A stretch of DNA of 64,000 nt from Marsupella aquatica (taxonomy: Eukaryota > Plantae > Marchantiophyta): NCBI GenBank assembly GCA_973895155.1, contig OZ316896.1, positions 13,697,469 through 13,761,468 on the forward strand, written 5' to 3'. Made by a program: the position numbers and the translations under genes. The notes under the pieces are model-generated. The model searched no databases. It worked only from the letters and a program-made list of their open reading frames with translations, and was not told the DNA's origin. Below are positions 38,980-50,837 of this stretch, piece by piece (position 1 is the stretch's first letter; each line of letters opens with the position of its first letter).

Positions 38980-39693
38980 CTTCCTCGATCTGAAGTCCTC
39001 TCAGACACATCTACATCTAGACACGTACTAGTATCTGATAGATCATATACAACTAAGGAATACAAATTAAATATGACATTACTCATCACTAGTGGGAGAT
39101 CTATCCGTCATGGATTTTCCTTGACTACTCGAATTGAGCTCAGGTCATATAGATTTCATTGTCTTTCAGTGGCTGGCCCTCAGGGTGGTTGATCCATCTT
39201 TGAAGTCCGTCCGGAAATTTTGACATAGTTTACCTCACAGCTTCTAAGAATTAGTTACCAGGCCCTGTACGTGGACATGATAGTGGATCGATGGCAGAAA
39301 GGATATATAAGTCATAGACGTCTCTGTTGGACATCCTGATCTGGTCTCACTGTTTCACCGCTACTACATTCCGAATTGTCATCGTCATCCAGCCCCTGCC
39401 GATAGCTTTGCATTGATCATCTACACAACCCAGCTCTAGAGGGAGTAGAGGACATATTGACCAAGTACAAGTAGGAACCCAATTAATTCGGGACATGTGA
39501 ACGTGCTACTTCCCGTGTTGTTCGACGTAGATGTATATAATTATGTACAGCTATCAATCATAGAATACTAGCAGCACTTTCTTCCGATACTACAGTCTGT
39601 AGTTCAATGGTCGACAACTCAAGATCGAGATCGAAGAAGTGGCTTATCTCAGAGATGAATTCATAGTCATTCCTGTGGTAAATTACGAGACGT

Positions 39694-39844
39694 GCTGAGT
39701 CGTAAATAAGCTCGATGTTCATCCGCGTGCACTTAATTTAGTTTACCACTCGCAGAGCTCACAGGGATATTGCTGAGTCGTACATAAGCTCGATGTTCAT
39801 CCGCGTGCACTTAATTTAGTTTACCACTCGCTCACGGGATATTA
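39694..39844. repeat. Tandem duplication, 2 x about 77 bp
   Basis: TGCTGAGTCGTA.ATAAGCTCGATGTTCATCCGCGTGCACTTAATTTAGTTTACCACTCGC twice. Confidence 0.9.
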
Positions 39845-39879
39845 AGTTGTCCCAAAAGGCATATAATTATGTCAGTCAC

Positions 39880-40320
39880 TAGCTCAATACCCGTGTGTGT
39901 GGCACAAAAACCCGTGTGTGTGGCACAAAAGATGTAGTGACGGCTCAATACCTGTGTGTGTGGCACAAAAGATGTAGTGACTGTCAAGATGTCATTTGGA
40001 ATAAAAGAGGTGGTGTTGGCCAAGAGATTGTTGAGAAGAAAGATGTTATGTGGGGCAAGAAATTGTTGTGAACAAAAAATGTCGTGAGTAAAATACCAGT
40101 GTGTTGCACAAAATATATATGTCATCAAGAAAAATATGTAGTGTCCCCCAAGATGATGTTAAGGAAACAAAATGTCACGTTGAGCAAGATGTTATTAAGA
40201 AAATAGATGTTGTGTCTCTAAGATGTCATTAAGAAAAATAGGTGTTGTGTCACCCAAAATGTTATTATTTAAGAAAAAAGATGTGGTGTCACCCAAGATG
40301 TTCTTAAGAAAAAAATGTCT
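39880..40320. repeat. Degenerate short tandem array, probably TE-derived
   Basis: Repeated GTGTGTGGCACAAAA, then AAGATGT..TTAAGAAAAA..GATGT.GTGTC units. Confidence 0.7.
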
Positions 40321-42322
40321 GATCCTCTGGTGAAACTCTTCTCAATATAGCGATCAGACCCATCAAAGTGATCGTGGTATCACTGGCAAAATTCCCACCT
40401 ATGATCAGTCCTTTGCTTAATATGGTGTTACATATGTGCTAAGGCCATGGTCTGAGGGTGTTCAATCGGGTGTCGTGGGCTGTATAATCATGCCCAGAAA
40501 TGAGGGCTTTGCCCGAGTTGAGTTTGAGGGCCACAACTCCCCGTGACCATGACTGGGATGTTACTGCAAGTAAATACTTGGGCAATTTTATACAGTGTAA
40601 AGCCCAGTCTCACAACACTATATTTTTATGGTGCTGAACTGAATCTCTAGGGGGGGCTCTAAATGCTGTGTCTGACCCGCCTATGCCATTAATGCCCTGA
40701 GTTCTACCAGGCTTGACAGTTTAATTAGGCTTTTACTGTACGTACGTTGTTGTCCCTGATGGCTGTGGGGTTTTGTTGGGGTCTCATGGGCTTTTTGGCT
40801 CTTTGGTCTTGGTATGCATTCCCTTCTTGTCTCCCCTTTACATGGGTCTCTGGCCACTGTGGAATAGTGTCTCCTGGCTGGGCACCTTTGAATTGTTCTT
40901 TGGCAGTGTGATATGATATGGAAAACTACAAACTCAACCCCACCATTAGTGGATAATTTTCTTAAAGACTAGTAGAGTTCAATGATGATATACAAAGTCA
41001 GCCCCGACCTTAGTTGATAATTAATTTTCTTAAAGACTAGTAGAGTTCAATGATTGGCAACTGTTTCTTAACATCTTAAACATCCAGCAACAAACCCAAT
41101 ACACAGCCAATTACAACATATTGTGCATATATAGATTTAGTCCATATCTGTGAAAAACAGATATCAGACCTAGTACGCTACTCACCGAGATTAGTCTTAC
41201 TAGTCTAGTACACAGTAGAAAGTCAACATAAAGATCTAGTAAAAAACCCAAGCCCTAAATATATATCCTATATCCCTGCGGTGAATGGGTTGGATCTAAC
41301 TTTCTGCATTTTGCTTACTAGATTTTGTCATGTACAGTAACCAAGCCCAATAGGGTTGAAGATGCTCTGACTTGCTATGCCTCAAAGTATTGTTAATCAT
41401 GCAGTTGACCTAAATCTGAGATTGGCTACAAATCTACAATGCCACTGAAAGTTCTTTGTTGATAAACCCTAATAAAAGCCATGAGATTTCACTACGAGCC
41501 AAAAGGAAAAATTCCATACGAAAGAAGACAAGATTTAGCTAAAAGTGCCTTTGTCAGAAGATTTTAGATTCTATTGTCTTGTAGTGTAGGTAAGATTTTA
41601 GGTTAATTTCTTTTGTCTTATTTTCTGGATAATGAAGCCTAAATAGATCTTTTAGATGTGTTATGTCTCGGTTCCGGTGTAACCGAGGTGGTGGAACTCC
41701 AAGTTTTGTATCCGTTTTCACGATGATAAAACACTTAGAGCCAATCTTGGCCATTCATCAAAACTAATTTTCTAGGCACTATCAAATCCACCGAGACCCT
41801 CCTCCTATTTCAAATATCTGCCCTAGCTGCCCCGTGTATGAACAGAACTGCCCAAACTTACAATAAATTCAATTATGTAACTTTTTTAACTATAACTAAA
41901 AACAATTCAAAAACAAAAATATGCAGGTTTAGAAGCTGCACTACTGATACTGTTAGACTGATAAGTTTCTTCTCTTTATCACGGATCCACTACAAGGGAC
42001 CTCGCCAAGCTCTGAACACTGGCCGGTCTTTGGGCGTGTGTTGCTCATATAGTAGTTTCCAAACTAATTGTTTGGATGCCTCCTTGTAGGCTCAGTTTCT
42101 TACCTGGTTCCAGCTTCACCGGTCCGGGCACATCGACCTTTGGTCCCCTTGGGTGGTGTCCCATTTTTGGGGGCCCTCATTTTGTATGCTGGCTACTTGA
42201 ATGGAATTCTTTTAATTATTTTAGGCAAAAACAGAATACTCCCTATATGGAGGTCTCCCATATGCTTGGACTCTGTTGTCACCATGTTACAACCCCGGGC
42301 TCTAAAGTTTGCCCTCCCCAAC

Positions 42323-42604
42323 ATTGGGGGTCTCACTATATGGAGGTCTCCCATCACCTGTGACTTTTTTTGGCCCTTGGACCCCTTCAAATGCAAGAAA
42401 AAATATTGTTTTTTAACCCATATAAAATTGGAATATTCTTGGAATATTCTAAAATTTTGATTAAATCTTCTTTAAAGTTACAAAATTGTATTTTAAAAAC
42501 CCTAATGTTATTCCCAAAAATTCTTGAATCTTCCCTTAATACTAATAAAAGGAACATATCCCTCATTGCACGTGATATCCCTTTTTTGGAAGTGAAACCC
42601 CCAC
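42323..42604. mobile_element. MITE, about 280 bp, same family as 53406-53697
   Basis: GGGGGTCTCACT..AGTGAAACCCCC ends; (C)TCCCCAAC duplicated on both sides; internal TCTCCC(C)ATCACCTG, TTGGAATATTCTT.GAATATTCT and GCACGTGATAT shared with the 53.4 kb copy. Confidence 0.85.
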
Positions 42605-42744
42605 TCCCCAACCACAATATGTTCACAACAACAATAATGACCCAATAATTGTTGAGCATAGACGACATTCGCAACGGCAAGCCCATGAACCATCCAACGC
42701 ACAATAGTCGACATAGAGAGATACGTGGTTCACTCCACGTATCA

Positions 42745-43538
42745 GTTGTGCTTGAGTCAAGGCCAGTATGCAAGGAAAGTACTTGCACAATTCAACATGG
42801 AGAATTGTAAGCCAGTGAGTATTCCTTTAGCTTCACATTTCAAGTTATCATCGGCTTTCTCTCCTACGGATGCTGTGGAGAAAGGTCTGATGGCTAAGAT
42901 TCCTTATGAGAAGGCAATAGGTAGTCTGATGTATTTGATGACTTGTACTAAGCCTGACTTGGCTCTAGCGATGGGCAAGGTTAGCAGATTCATGTCAAAT
43001 CCAGGGAAGGTACATTGGGAAGCTGTGAAATGGATTCTCAGGTATCTTAAGGGAACACAGGACTATGGATTACTATTTGATAACAGATCAAATAGAACGT
43101 TAGTTGGCTATGTAGATTCTGACTATGGAGGCTGTCTGGATACAAGGAGGTCTACAACTGGGTTTGTATACATTCTTGGAGGAGGATGTATCAGTTGGAA
43201 ATCTACCTTGCAGAAGTGTATATCTCAGTCTACTACAGAAGCAGAGTATGTTGCAGCAGCAGAAGCAGCAAAGGAAGCAATTTGGTTGGACAAGTTGATC
43301 GCGGAGATGGGTTTAGAGCATGGCAAAATGACTCTAAACTGTGATAGTCAAAGTGCTCTTCACTTGGCTGCTAACCAGGTGATGGATAGCAGGGTGAAGC
43401 ACATTGATATCGGGTATCATTTTATCAGGCAAGCAGTGTCTAATAAAACTTTTGAGCTAGTCAAGATTGATGGAAAGCTCAATCCCGCTGATGCCTTTAC
43501 CAAAGTGATTCCTTTGGAGAGTTTCTCAAGACACCATG
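42745..43538 (+). mobile_element. Ty1/Copia LTR-retrotransposon pol fragment (RT C-terminus and RNase H)
   Basis: LSQGQYARKVL, IPYEKAIGSLMYLMTCTKPDLA, GYVDSDYGG..RRSTTG, STTEAEYVA, CDSQSALHLA, KHIDI, NPADAFTK. Truncated at the 5' side and cut at 43539 by a CACTA end. Confidence 0.92.
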
Positions 43539-44134
43539 CACTAGTAGAAAATGGGGCCTTTTATGACTATGACACATATGACTGGTGTGCCCAAATGACA
43601 ATATATTTTAATGATAGGGCATGAATGACACATAAATGACTGTCTATAATGACAGGGTGAAAAAAATGACTAATAATTGCAATAGGGTCATTTAAACCAA
43701 TGAGCCAAATGACCGTGACTACTATAATGACAACACCAACGAGTTGTAGTCATTTTGGACAATCTTTGTCAATGACACAAATGACAATAACCTTGTCATA
43801 TCAATGTTTGACATTTGGGAAGTCATTTAGGACGACAGTAACTAATGACTACTAAAACAAATATGGAAATATCAATGTTTAAAAATTTTAGTAGTCATTT
43901 AAACCTAAAGTGATAAATGACATGATAAACAATATATGACTATTTTGAGGTCTAGGGTTTTAGTATATGATTTAACTTTGTAGGGTATTATATATTAGCT
44001 ATCCAACACGCATGGTACTATAAAGACTAGGGGCACACACAAATTAGATTTTAAATATATTAGAGACTTAACAAATAACATTATCTGGTGTAGGTTTAGG
44101 GTTTAGGTGCTAGATGCCTGTATTTGCTATTGTT

Positions 44135-45100
44135 ATTTTGGGAGTGCCGAGAGATGTCATTCATGCAAATGACACAAAACTCAGTCATTCATGATGTCAA
44201 TGTTGCAGTCATGCATGCCATGGGTAATATGACTTGTTTGGGCCTTCGGGGGCTGATTGGCAATATTTGTGATAGTAGCCAGCCATTAGGCATGCTATCC
44301 ACTCCACATGGTGCGAGATAGGGTACTCTCAAACCTTGCGCCACTAGTTATGCCACTTTGCCTCCTAAAGGTTTTTTGTAGCCAACTTTTTGCACCAAGG
44401 AAGGGCACGGCCCAACTTTGGGCAAAACACTCCCAAGTTGTATGACTTTGGAGTCATTTGCTTGAAGGGGTGCAAACCACTCACATTTGGTCATTTGGAA
44501 AGGATTTAGAGTCATTTGTGCGCATGACTAAGGGTTTTTGTCATTTTGGGAGTGCCAAGAGACGTCATTCGTGCAAATGACACAAAACTCAGTCATTCAT
44601 GATCTCAATATTGCAGTCATGCATGCCATGGGTAATATGACTTGTTTGGGCCTTCGGGGGTTGATTGGCAATATTTGTGATAGTAGCCGGCCATTAGGCA
44701 TGCTATCCACTCCACATGGTGCGGGATAGGGTACTCTCAAACCTTGCGCCACTAGTTATGCCACTTTGCCTCCTAAAGGTTTTTTGTAGCCAACTTTTTG
44801 CACCAAGGAAGGGCACGGCCCAACTTTGGGCAAAACACTCCCAAGTTGTATGACTTTGGAGTCATTTGCTTGAAGGGGTGCAAACCACTCATATTTGGTC
44901 ATTTGGAAAGGATTTAGAGTCATTTGTGTGTCCTCTAATACGTCATTTATGCATTTGACGTGAAAATGAGTCATTGTTGATGTCAATGCGGCAGTCACGC
45001 ATGCCATGGACAATATGACTCTTTGGGTGCTTGGATGCGGGATTGGTCAGATTGGTGATAGGAGCCCACCATTAAGGATGCTACCCACAAAGAATGTATT
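44135..45100. repeat. Tandem repeat of about 408 bp inside CACTA 1 (two near-identical units and one degenerate partial unit)
   Basis: AAACCTTGCGCCACTAGTTATGCCAC at 44331 and 44739; CATGCCATGG at 44213, 44621 and 45000. Confidence 0.9.
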
Positions 45101-48100
45101 GCATTTTGGCTATTATGGAGTGCCGTGAGTTTAGGTTTTGGGCAATGACATCAAAACAAGTCATTTATGTTGTCAACCCTAGGACTGAGGACTATGAGAT
45201 TAGTGATTTAATATGTGAGTGACTAATTTTATGAGAATGTCCACCAAATGACTTCCTCACTTAGGTAATTGTGACATGTCAATGAGGATGTACATCCTAA
45301 ACCTATGCATATGTTTGTAATTTGTTTTGTGTTACATGCATATACAATTATTTGGCAATTTTGGCACCTAGGTTTCCACATCAATGGGTTTCAAAGGCCA
45401 CCAGTACATTAAGTTTTTGAGTCACTGGTTATTGTAAATGGTAATACATACTTGTGACAAGTATTTGTGTCATCAAAAAAACATTTGGCCCCAAACTTCC
45501 TCCATCTCCTAAAATTGATTGGCGAGGGGATAATAATGTTAGAGGGGTATTATGGAACCGAGATTGACTCCATTACTACCCTCAACATCCCAGTAAAATT
45601 CCCGTTGGTGTCCCAAAGCCTTATTTGCCAATCATGTGTCATCCTATCATGCCCCGACCCTATCTTCATTGGATCCCACGAAACAATGCCTGGCCACATT
45701 GGATCCCATTTTCCCATAAGAAATTCAGACCTGGGTTCAGAAAATGTTCAGTCACACCGGTCACACAAGTCAAAAGTTCACGTTGGGAGTTAGGTATTCT
45801 CGTGAAGTTGAGCAGCGAGTGGAGGTGCGAGTCAGGTCACTGCTGCGAGTTGAGGTGCAAGGTCGCTGCTGAAGATCGGGGCTGAGCGGTGAGTTGAAGT
45901 GCAAGGTTGCTGCTGCGCGCAAGCTCGGTGCTGCAAGGTCGCTGCTGCGCGCAAGCTCGGTGCTGAGCAGTGATTTGAGGTGCAAGGGCACTGCTGTGAG
46001 GTCGCTGCTACAAGGTCACTGCTGTGAGGTTGCTGCTGTGAGGCAGCTGTGAGGTCGCTATTGCGTTTTAGGGCGAAGGAGTTGAGGTCCGTTGCGCCTA
46101 TGTTTCTTGAAGGTTGTGCGTGCTGCTCCACATCTTTTCAGTGTGGATGGAGTGTGGCCTGGTCTCTTGCGCTTAGTCTCTGCATTCCATCCGCAAGCCA
46201 TTCGCAAGGTGGGACTGATCAGTGAGGACGGTGGGATTGATTCGAAGCTGTGCACTATGAATAGGGAGGCATTTGCGTTTGGGACTAGCTTTGGCCGCGG
46301 GTTGTCATTAGGGAAAAACCAGGTGAAAGGGAGCTCAAGCTACGCGCACTTGGGCAATGCTAACCGTCCTGCATGTTGGAGCTGCAACGTGAACGAGAGG
46401 TCCGCTCTGCGCCTTTGGCTAGAGCTACGGAGGGAGTTGCTGCAACACCACTGCCGCTACCTGCTACCATTTCATCCACGTTGAATATAGCGCGTCTCTG
46501 AGGTATCTTGGATAGTTGTGCATTCTCTGTCCACCTGCTGTGCTTCTTCCCCCTGCCGGCCATGCTTTGATTTCATGCTTCCTGTCCCCTTTGCCATGCT
46601 GCAAATTTTGCGCTTTTGCTTCCTCTTTGCTGGATGCTGCCCCTTACAATCGTAAATTGAAGTTCTCCCTTTCCAATGCGCCTAGTACTAGTCCCAACCT
46701 CATTTGCCATTCAGTTATGTACATCGAGCTTGTGTAAGTGTGTCCCTGTTTCTGACCCTTGCCTAAATGTTCTACCTTGGGTACCTTGCTATCAGGTACT
46801 TTGCTGTCTCTCATTTCTGAGTCCTTGTTTGCTGGAATTTGCTCTTCAATCATGAAAAACAAAGATACCAGCATTTTGTACCAGACCTGCGCTGCTGGAA
46901 TGTTATTGATCTCTGTACAGGGTTGGGATTGTTGCTTTGTTGGCTTGGGATTCACAGTCCCTATATAATGTTCACTGATTTGTTTCTGTCATTGTCTGGC
47001 CATGGTCCAAGTTTTGTCTTTTGGTATACTGCGCTTACTATGCAATGTCGTGCAGTATACTCATTTCCTGCGAATTGAACATTGAGCCAATTGGAGGAGG
47101 ACATTGGAGTTGCAACAACCTACAAGGTTAGTTGTGCTAATCTTGAATCCGTTGTAGTCAGCGCCCCCCTCCCTCACAAAAAGTTGCGGTCCTGTCTATC
47201 CCGGGTCTCTTTTGAATTGAAGACCAAGCTCTGTTTGACAACATCTAATTTCCTATGTAGTGGTAGGTCTCTGTTGCTTTTCCGACAGATTGCTTGCTCA
47301 AGCTTAGGGAAAGAATTGATATATTTGCCTTCTATCCTACTCCTTCACCTGCGAGCATTGACTTTTTTAATGTTTTTTCAAAGTAGCCACTAAATATTGT
47401 GTGACTGCTAAGGTTTGCTCGCTGTGAGGAGATCCATGATAGTTTTGACTCTTCCCAAATCTTACCTGTGTTGGAACCACATTGGACCTACATATCTGCA
47501 GAGACTAGTTGCTGTCGAGGTGCGATTGGAGCTGCATTCCTGCCTGCATTTCCGCTTGCATCAATTTTGAGGATTCTAAGGAAGATTGGACCTCTGTTTG
47601 GTAGTGGTGCTACCTAACAAGGGTCCAGTGGAGGTGGGCTTGCTCCAGTTTTGCTTGCATTATTGTCGTGTGTCTACTGTTGTTATTGGTTTGTTGTTGA
47701 GATTATCTGAGAAATCCCCATTGTCTTTAGAAGAGATGTTGGGAGTGATTTGCAGGATGTGTTTGAATTGCAAACTTTTTCGGATTAATTTTTGCTATTC
47801 AAAATTACCTTGTCTGTCTGTTGATCCCATCAAATATAATATGTCTTTGTTGATCCATCACTGAAAAAAGCCCGGCTCTGTGTGGAGTTAAATGAACCAA
47901 AGTAAGAGTTGTTGCTAAGGTTCTACCTAAGCCACTGCATTGAGCCATGTTTGCTCTTCTACTCAATCTCTCATATTTTGTTTGTTTCTCAACACCTCTA
48001 ATAGAAATTGAGTACATAGGAATTTAGAGGCAGCATTGGTAATTCCTTGATTGATCACTACATTTACCAAGTATGCTTAACTTGTTGCTCTCTACGCAGA

Positions 48101-48309
48101 ACACATAAACCAGAGCCAAGTTATTTTTGACATTGCTTCTACTCCGTGAGACTGAGTTGGGTAGGACATCTTCTAACGTGTACTTAAACCTCAGATTACG
48201 GTAAGTACACTACGCATACCATCTTTGTACTTGTTTGTTGCCCTTCTCCATGCCATAGACTTCTTGTAATATTTAAGGTAATTGTGCAGATCCACACATC
48301 ACATCAGGC

Positions 48310-49008
48310 ATGGCACGGGCTGCTGCTGCCTGGCTGGATCCAAAGTTTGCCCATAAAGAGCACCTTCGCATGGATCCCCCTTGTTGTTTTGAATTTGATG
48401 AGGGAGGTACTGTTTTGTTCTGCGATGGGCCTTGTAGTCGTCATTTCCATTACTTAGTTGTTGGGCAGGATCCCGAGGAGCCTGATGGCCATGGGTCTGA
48501 GTGCACACGCATTGCCATTTCTAGAGGGCATGATTGGGCCAAGGAGTGGCTTTGTGAACTCTGCCAGCAGAACCGAGGTCGTTGCTTTGCTTGTGGACTA
48601 CTTGGCCGAACCCTAAAGCCCACTACAGATGAGCCCCTTGTGGTTCAATGTGCACAAGATGATTGCTTTTCTTTCTATCACGTGGGTTGTCTGCGGACCA
48701 TACTGAGGGCAAGGGAGTTGCCTCTCTTGGGGTATGCAGAGAACTTAGATGCACATCCCGCTGCTTTGATATGCCCAAGGCATTATTGTGATGTTTGCAA
48801 GGAGTATCGGGATGGCATCTGGGAATTTATCCAGTGTCGTAGGTGCCCTCGTGCATGGTGCAGGGATGAGGGACCAGAGGCAGACAAACACCTCAAGAGA
48901 GGGGTGAAGGGTAGAGAAACGTGGGATATTGGACCATGGCGTATGGTGTACTGCAATCGCCATGTCATTCTAGAGGGTTCTGAGGTGCCACCACATGATT
49001 TCAAATAG
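48310..49008 (+). CDS. EDM2/NSD-type composite PHD-finger protein carried within CACTA 1
   Basis: DEGGTVLFCDGPCSRHFH..WLCELCQQNRGRCFACGLLG..VVQCAQDDCFSFYHVGCL..LICPRHYCDVC..FIQCRRCPRAW..WDIGPWRMVYCNRH follows the Cys/His spacing of the EDM2 PHD cluster. An acceptor (GTGCAG near 48289) and an upstream exon at about 48100-48200 are plausible. Confidence 0.75.
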   Translation: MARAAAAWLDPKFAHKEHLRMDPPCCFEFDEGGTVLFCDGPCSRHFHYLVVGQDPEEPDGHGSECTRIAISRGHDWAKEWLCELCQQNRGRCFACGLLGRTLKPTTDEPLVVQCAQDDCFSFYHVGCLRTILRARELPLLGYAENLDAHPAALICPRHYCDVCKEYRDGIWEFIQCRRCPRAWCRDEGPEADKHLKRGVKGRETWDIGPWRMVYCNRHVILEGSEVPPHDFK

Positions 49009-49179
49009 ATCATAATTAAGCCTTCAATTGTGTAGAAAACACTGCATAGTACAAAGTATACTGAACTTAAAATGGGCTAAGGACTTATGGAAGTATACTG
49101 GACATAAAAAAAATGGACTAAAGGGGTACAGTGGAGCACCTGAGTTTTTGGTTGGATGAAAATGGAGTACTGTGTCAAG

Positions 49180-49350
49180 TTGGATTCAACGGACTAAGTT
49201 GAATTGGACTAAAGTAGGATGATTGTATGAAATGGACTAAACTGTTTGATTGTATGAAAATGACTAAATTGTCTGATTGTATGAAGTGGACTACACTGTC
49301 TAATGGACTAAACTCAAATGGACTAAACTGTGTGATTGTATGAAATAGTT
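49180..49350. repeat. Tandem repeat of about 27-30 bp
   Basis: ATGGACTAAACTGT.TGATTGTATGAA units. Confidence 0.75.
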
Positions 49351-49427
49351 GAATGCTAAATTGTTGCATGAAATTCATTGAAGCGTTTGGGTTGGATAAG
49401 CTATTGCTTCTTGTATCTGTTACAGTG

Positions 49428-49874
49428 ATGCCAAGGACGCGTAGCAGCTTGGGAGCTGACCTTGAAGGCAGAGCTGAGAGGCTACGCCTGAAGCTGAGTG
49501 GAATGAGGTTGGTCCCTGCCAGTTCTGCTGTGCAATGGGAGTTTTCGCCTGTACATAGAGACACGTACAGTTGGCCCATTACTCTGGATGCTCCACCCTT
49601 GCCCATAGGTTTTTGTATTGTGGCAGTTGATAATGGAGTGGTACAACCAGAGCAGATATGCTACTCTGCCTGTATCCACAGTTGTGAGGATTTTTGCCCA
49701 AAATGTCGAGTGCGCCTAGGGGATATATATAGGCGGGATGGATACAATAGGCTGCAGAGGAGGTGTGCCTGTATAATGTTCCACCATGATGAGCCAGTCT
49801 TGGGATCAGGGGTTGAGACTGTTTGCCCTAGAGTAGAGCAACACTTACTGGAGAAAGACCAGTATCAATTCTGA
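49428..49874 (+). CDS. Hypothetical Cys/His-rich ORF inside CACTA 1
   Basis: ATG just after a TTACAG acceptor gives MPRTRSSLG..CYSACIHSCEDFCPKCRV..RCACIMFHH. No family recognised. Confidence 0.35.
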   Translation: MPRTRSSLGADLEGRAERLRLKLSGMRLVPASSAVQWEFSPVHRDTYSWPITLDAPPLPIGFCIVAVDNGVVQPEQICYSACIHSCEDFCPKCRVRLGDIYRRDGYNRLQRRCACIMFHHDEPVLGSGVETVCPRVEQHLLEKDQYQF

Positions 49875-50837
49875 TTGTATGATGACTGTTAAGAGTGTCA
49901 GTGGCAAACATGTGAAGAGCCTGAATGGAGATACATAACAAAAAAACTAAAAAACATCACACTGACCTGAGCAAGACCTAAAATCCACCCAAGGTCTTAA
50001 AAATTTTGTTGTCCCTTTTCAGGGATCTGGCCATAAGAAGGCAAACTTCACTTAATGTCTTTCAAGTATTGTAGTATTGAACCCACAGCCTTAAGAACAC
50101 TCTCAACCCGGGTCTCTGAACTTTCTCAAACTTTCTCATTTTTGATAATTTTGAAGACTGAGTGTGTATTTCATTCTTACTACTGCACAAAAACACTATA
50201 TGTTTAATTAAATATGTACATTACATGAAACCCTTTTGGAATCTATTCTAGTACTTGCCCACAACAAACTGCCTTGATGAAGAGGATCATTTCAACAAAT
50301 GAATTCAAAAGACAAAGAATGAAGGAGGGGATTGTTGGACATTATGATTAATGTTTGTTATTGTACTCACTGTTTTGAAGGGTCCGAGATTGCTGACTAC
50401 TGTGAACACCCTTGCCCTAAATCTGGTTGAGGTAGGCCTTTATTTGGTTTTGTAAACTTTTGTCATTTTGATTTGTACAATTCAGGTCTCCTTCAAATAC
50501 CCAATGCCACTTACAATATGAAATGAGATTAGGTAACGTACCCAAGTAAATAATTTCTGATCAAGTTGCTAATATGTCATCTGTTTACCTGTTGTTGGCA
50601 TGCATGAACTATTCTATTGGCAAACGGGGCTAAAGTGGGAGCTGCCTTTACCTCAGTTGGAGTCCAGTACCTCAAATGTATGTCTAATTCTTCACTTGTG
50701 CACACATTTGCTTCACATGACGCTCTAGAAGATGGTATGGAAGGGTTTTGGAGTTTTCTAGAACAATTCATATGCTCTGCAAGATGTCAAAGAAAAAAGA
50801 TGTGCAACTGTGTTTTTGATTAGGTAGTGCTGCAATC

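Noticed and set aside
44092-44107. Telomere-like GGTTTAGGGTTTAGG (also near 57655)
   Set aside because: Only about two units; consistent with common telo-box motifs, not an interstitial telomere.
45770-46563. ORFs from GCTGCT-rich repeats (similar stretch at 59214-59537)
   Set aside because: Low-complexity repeats in probable CACTA leader regions, with no protein motifs.
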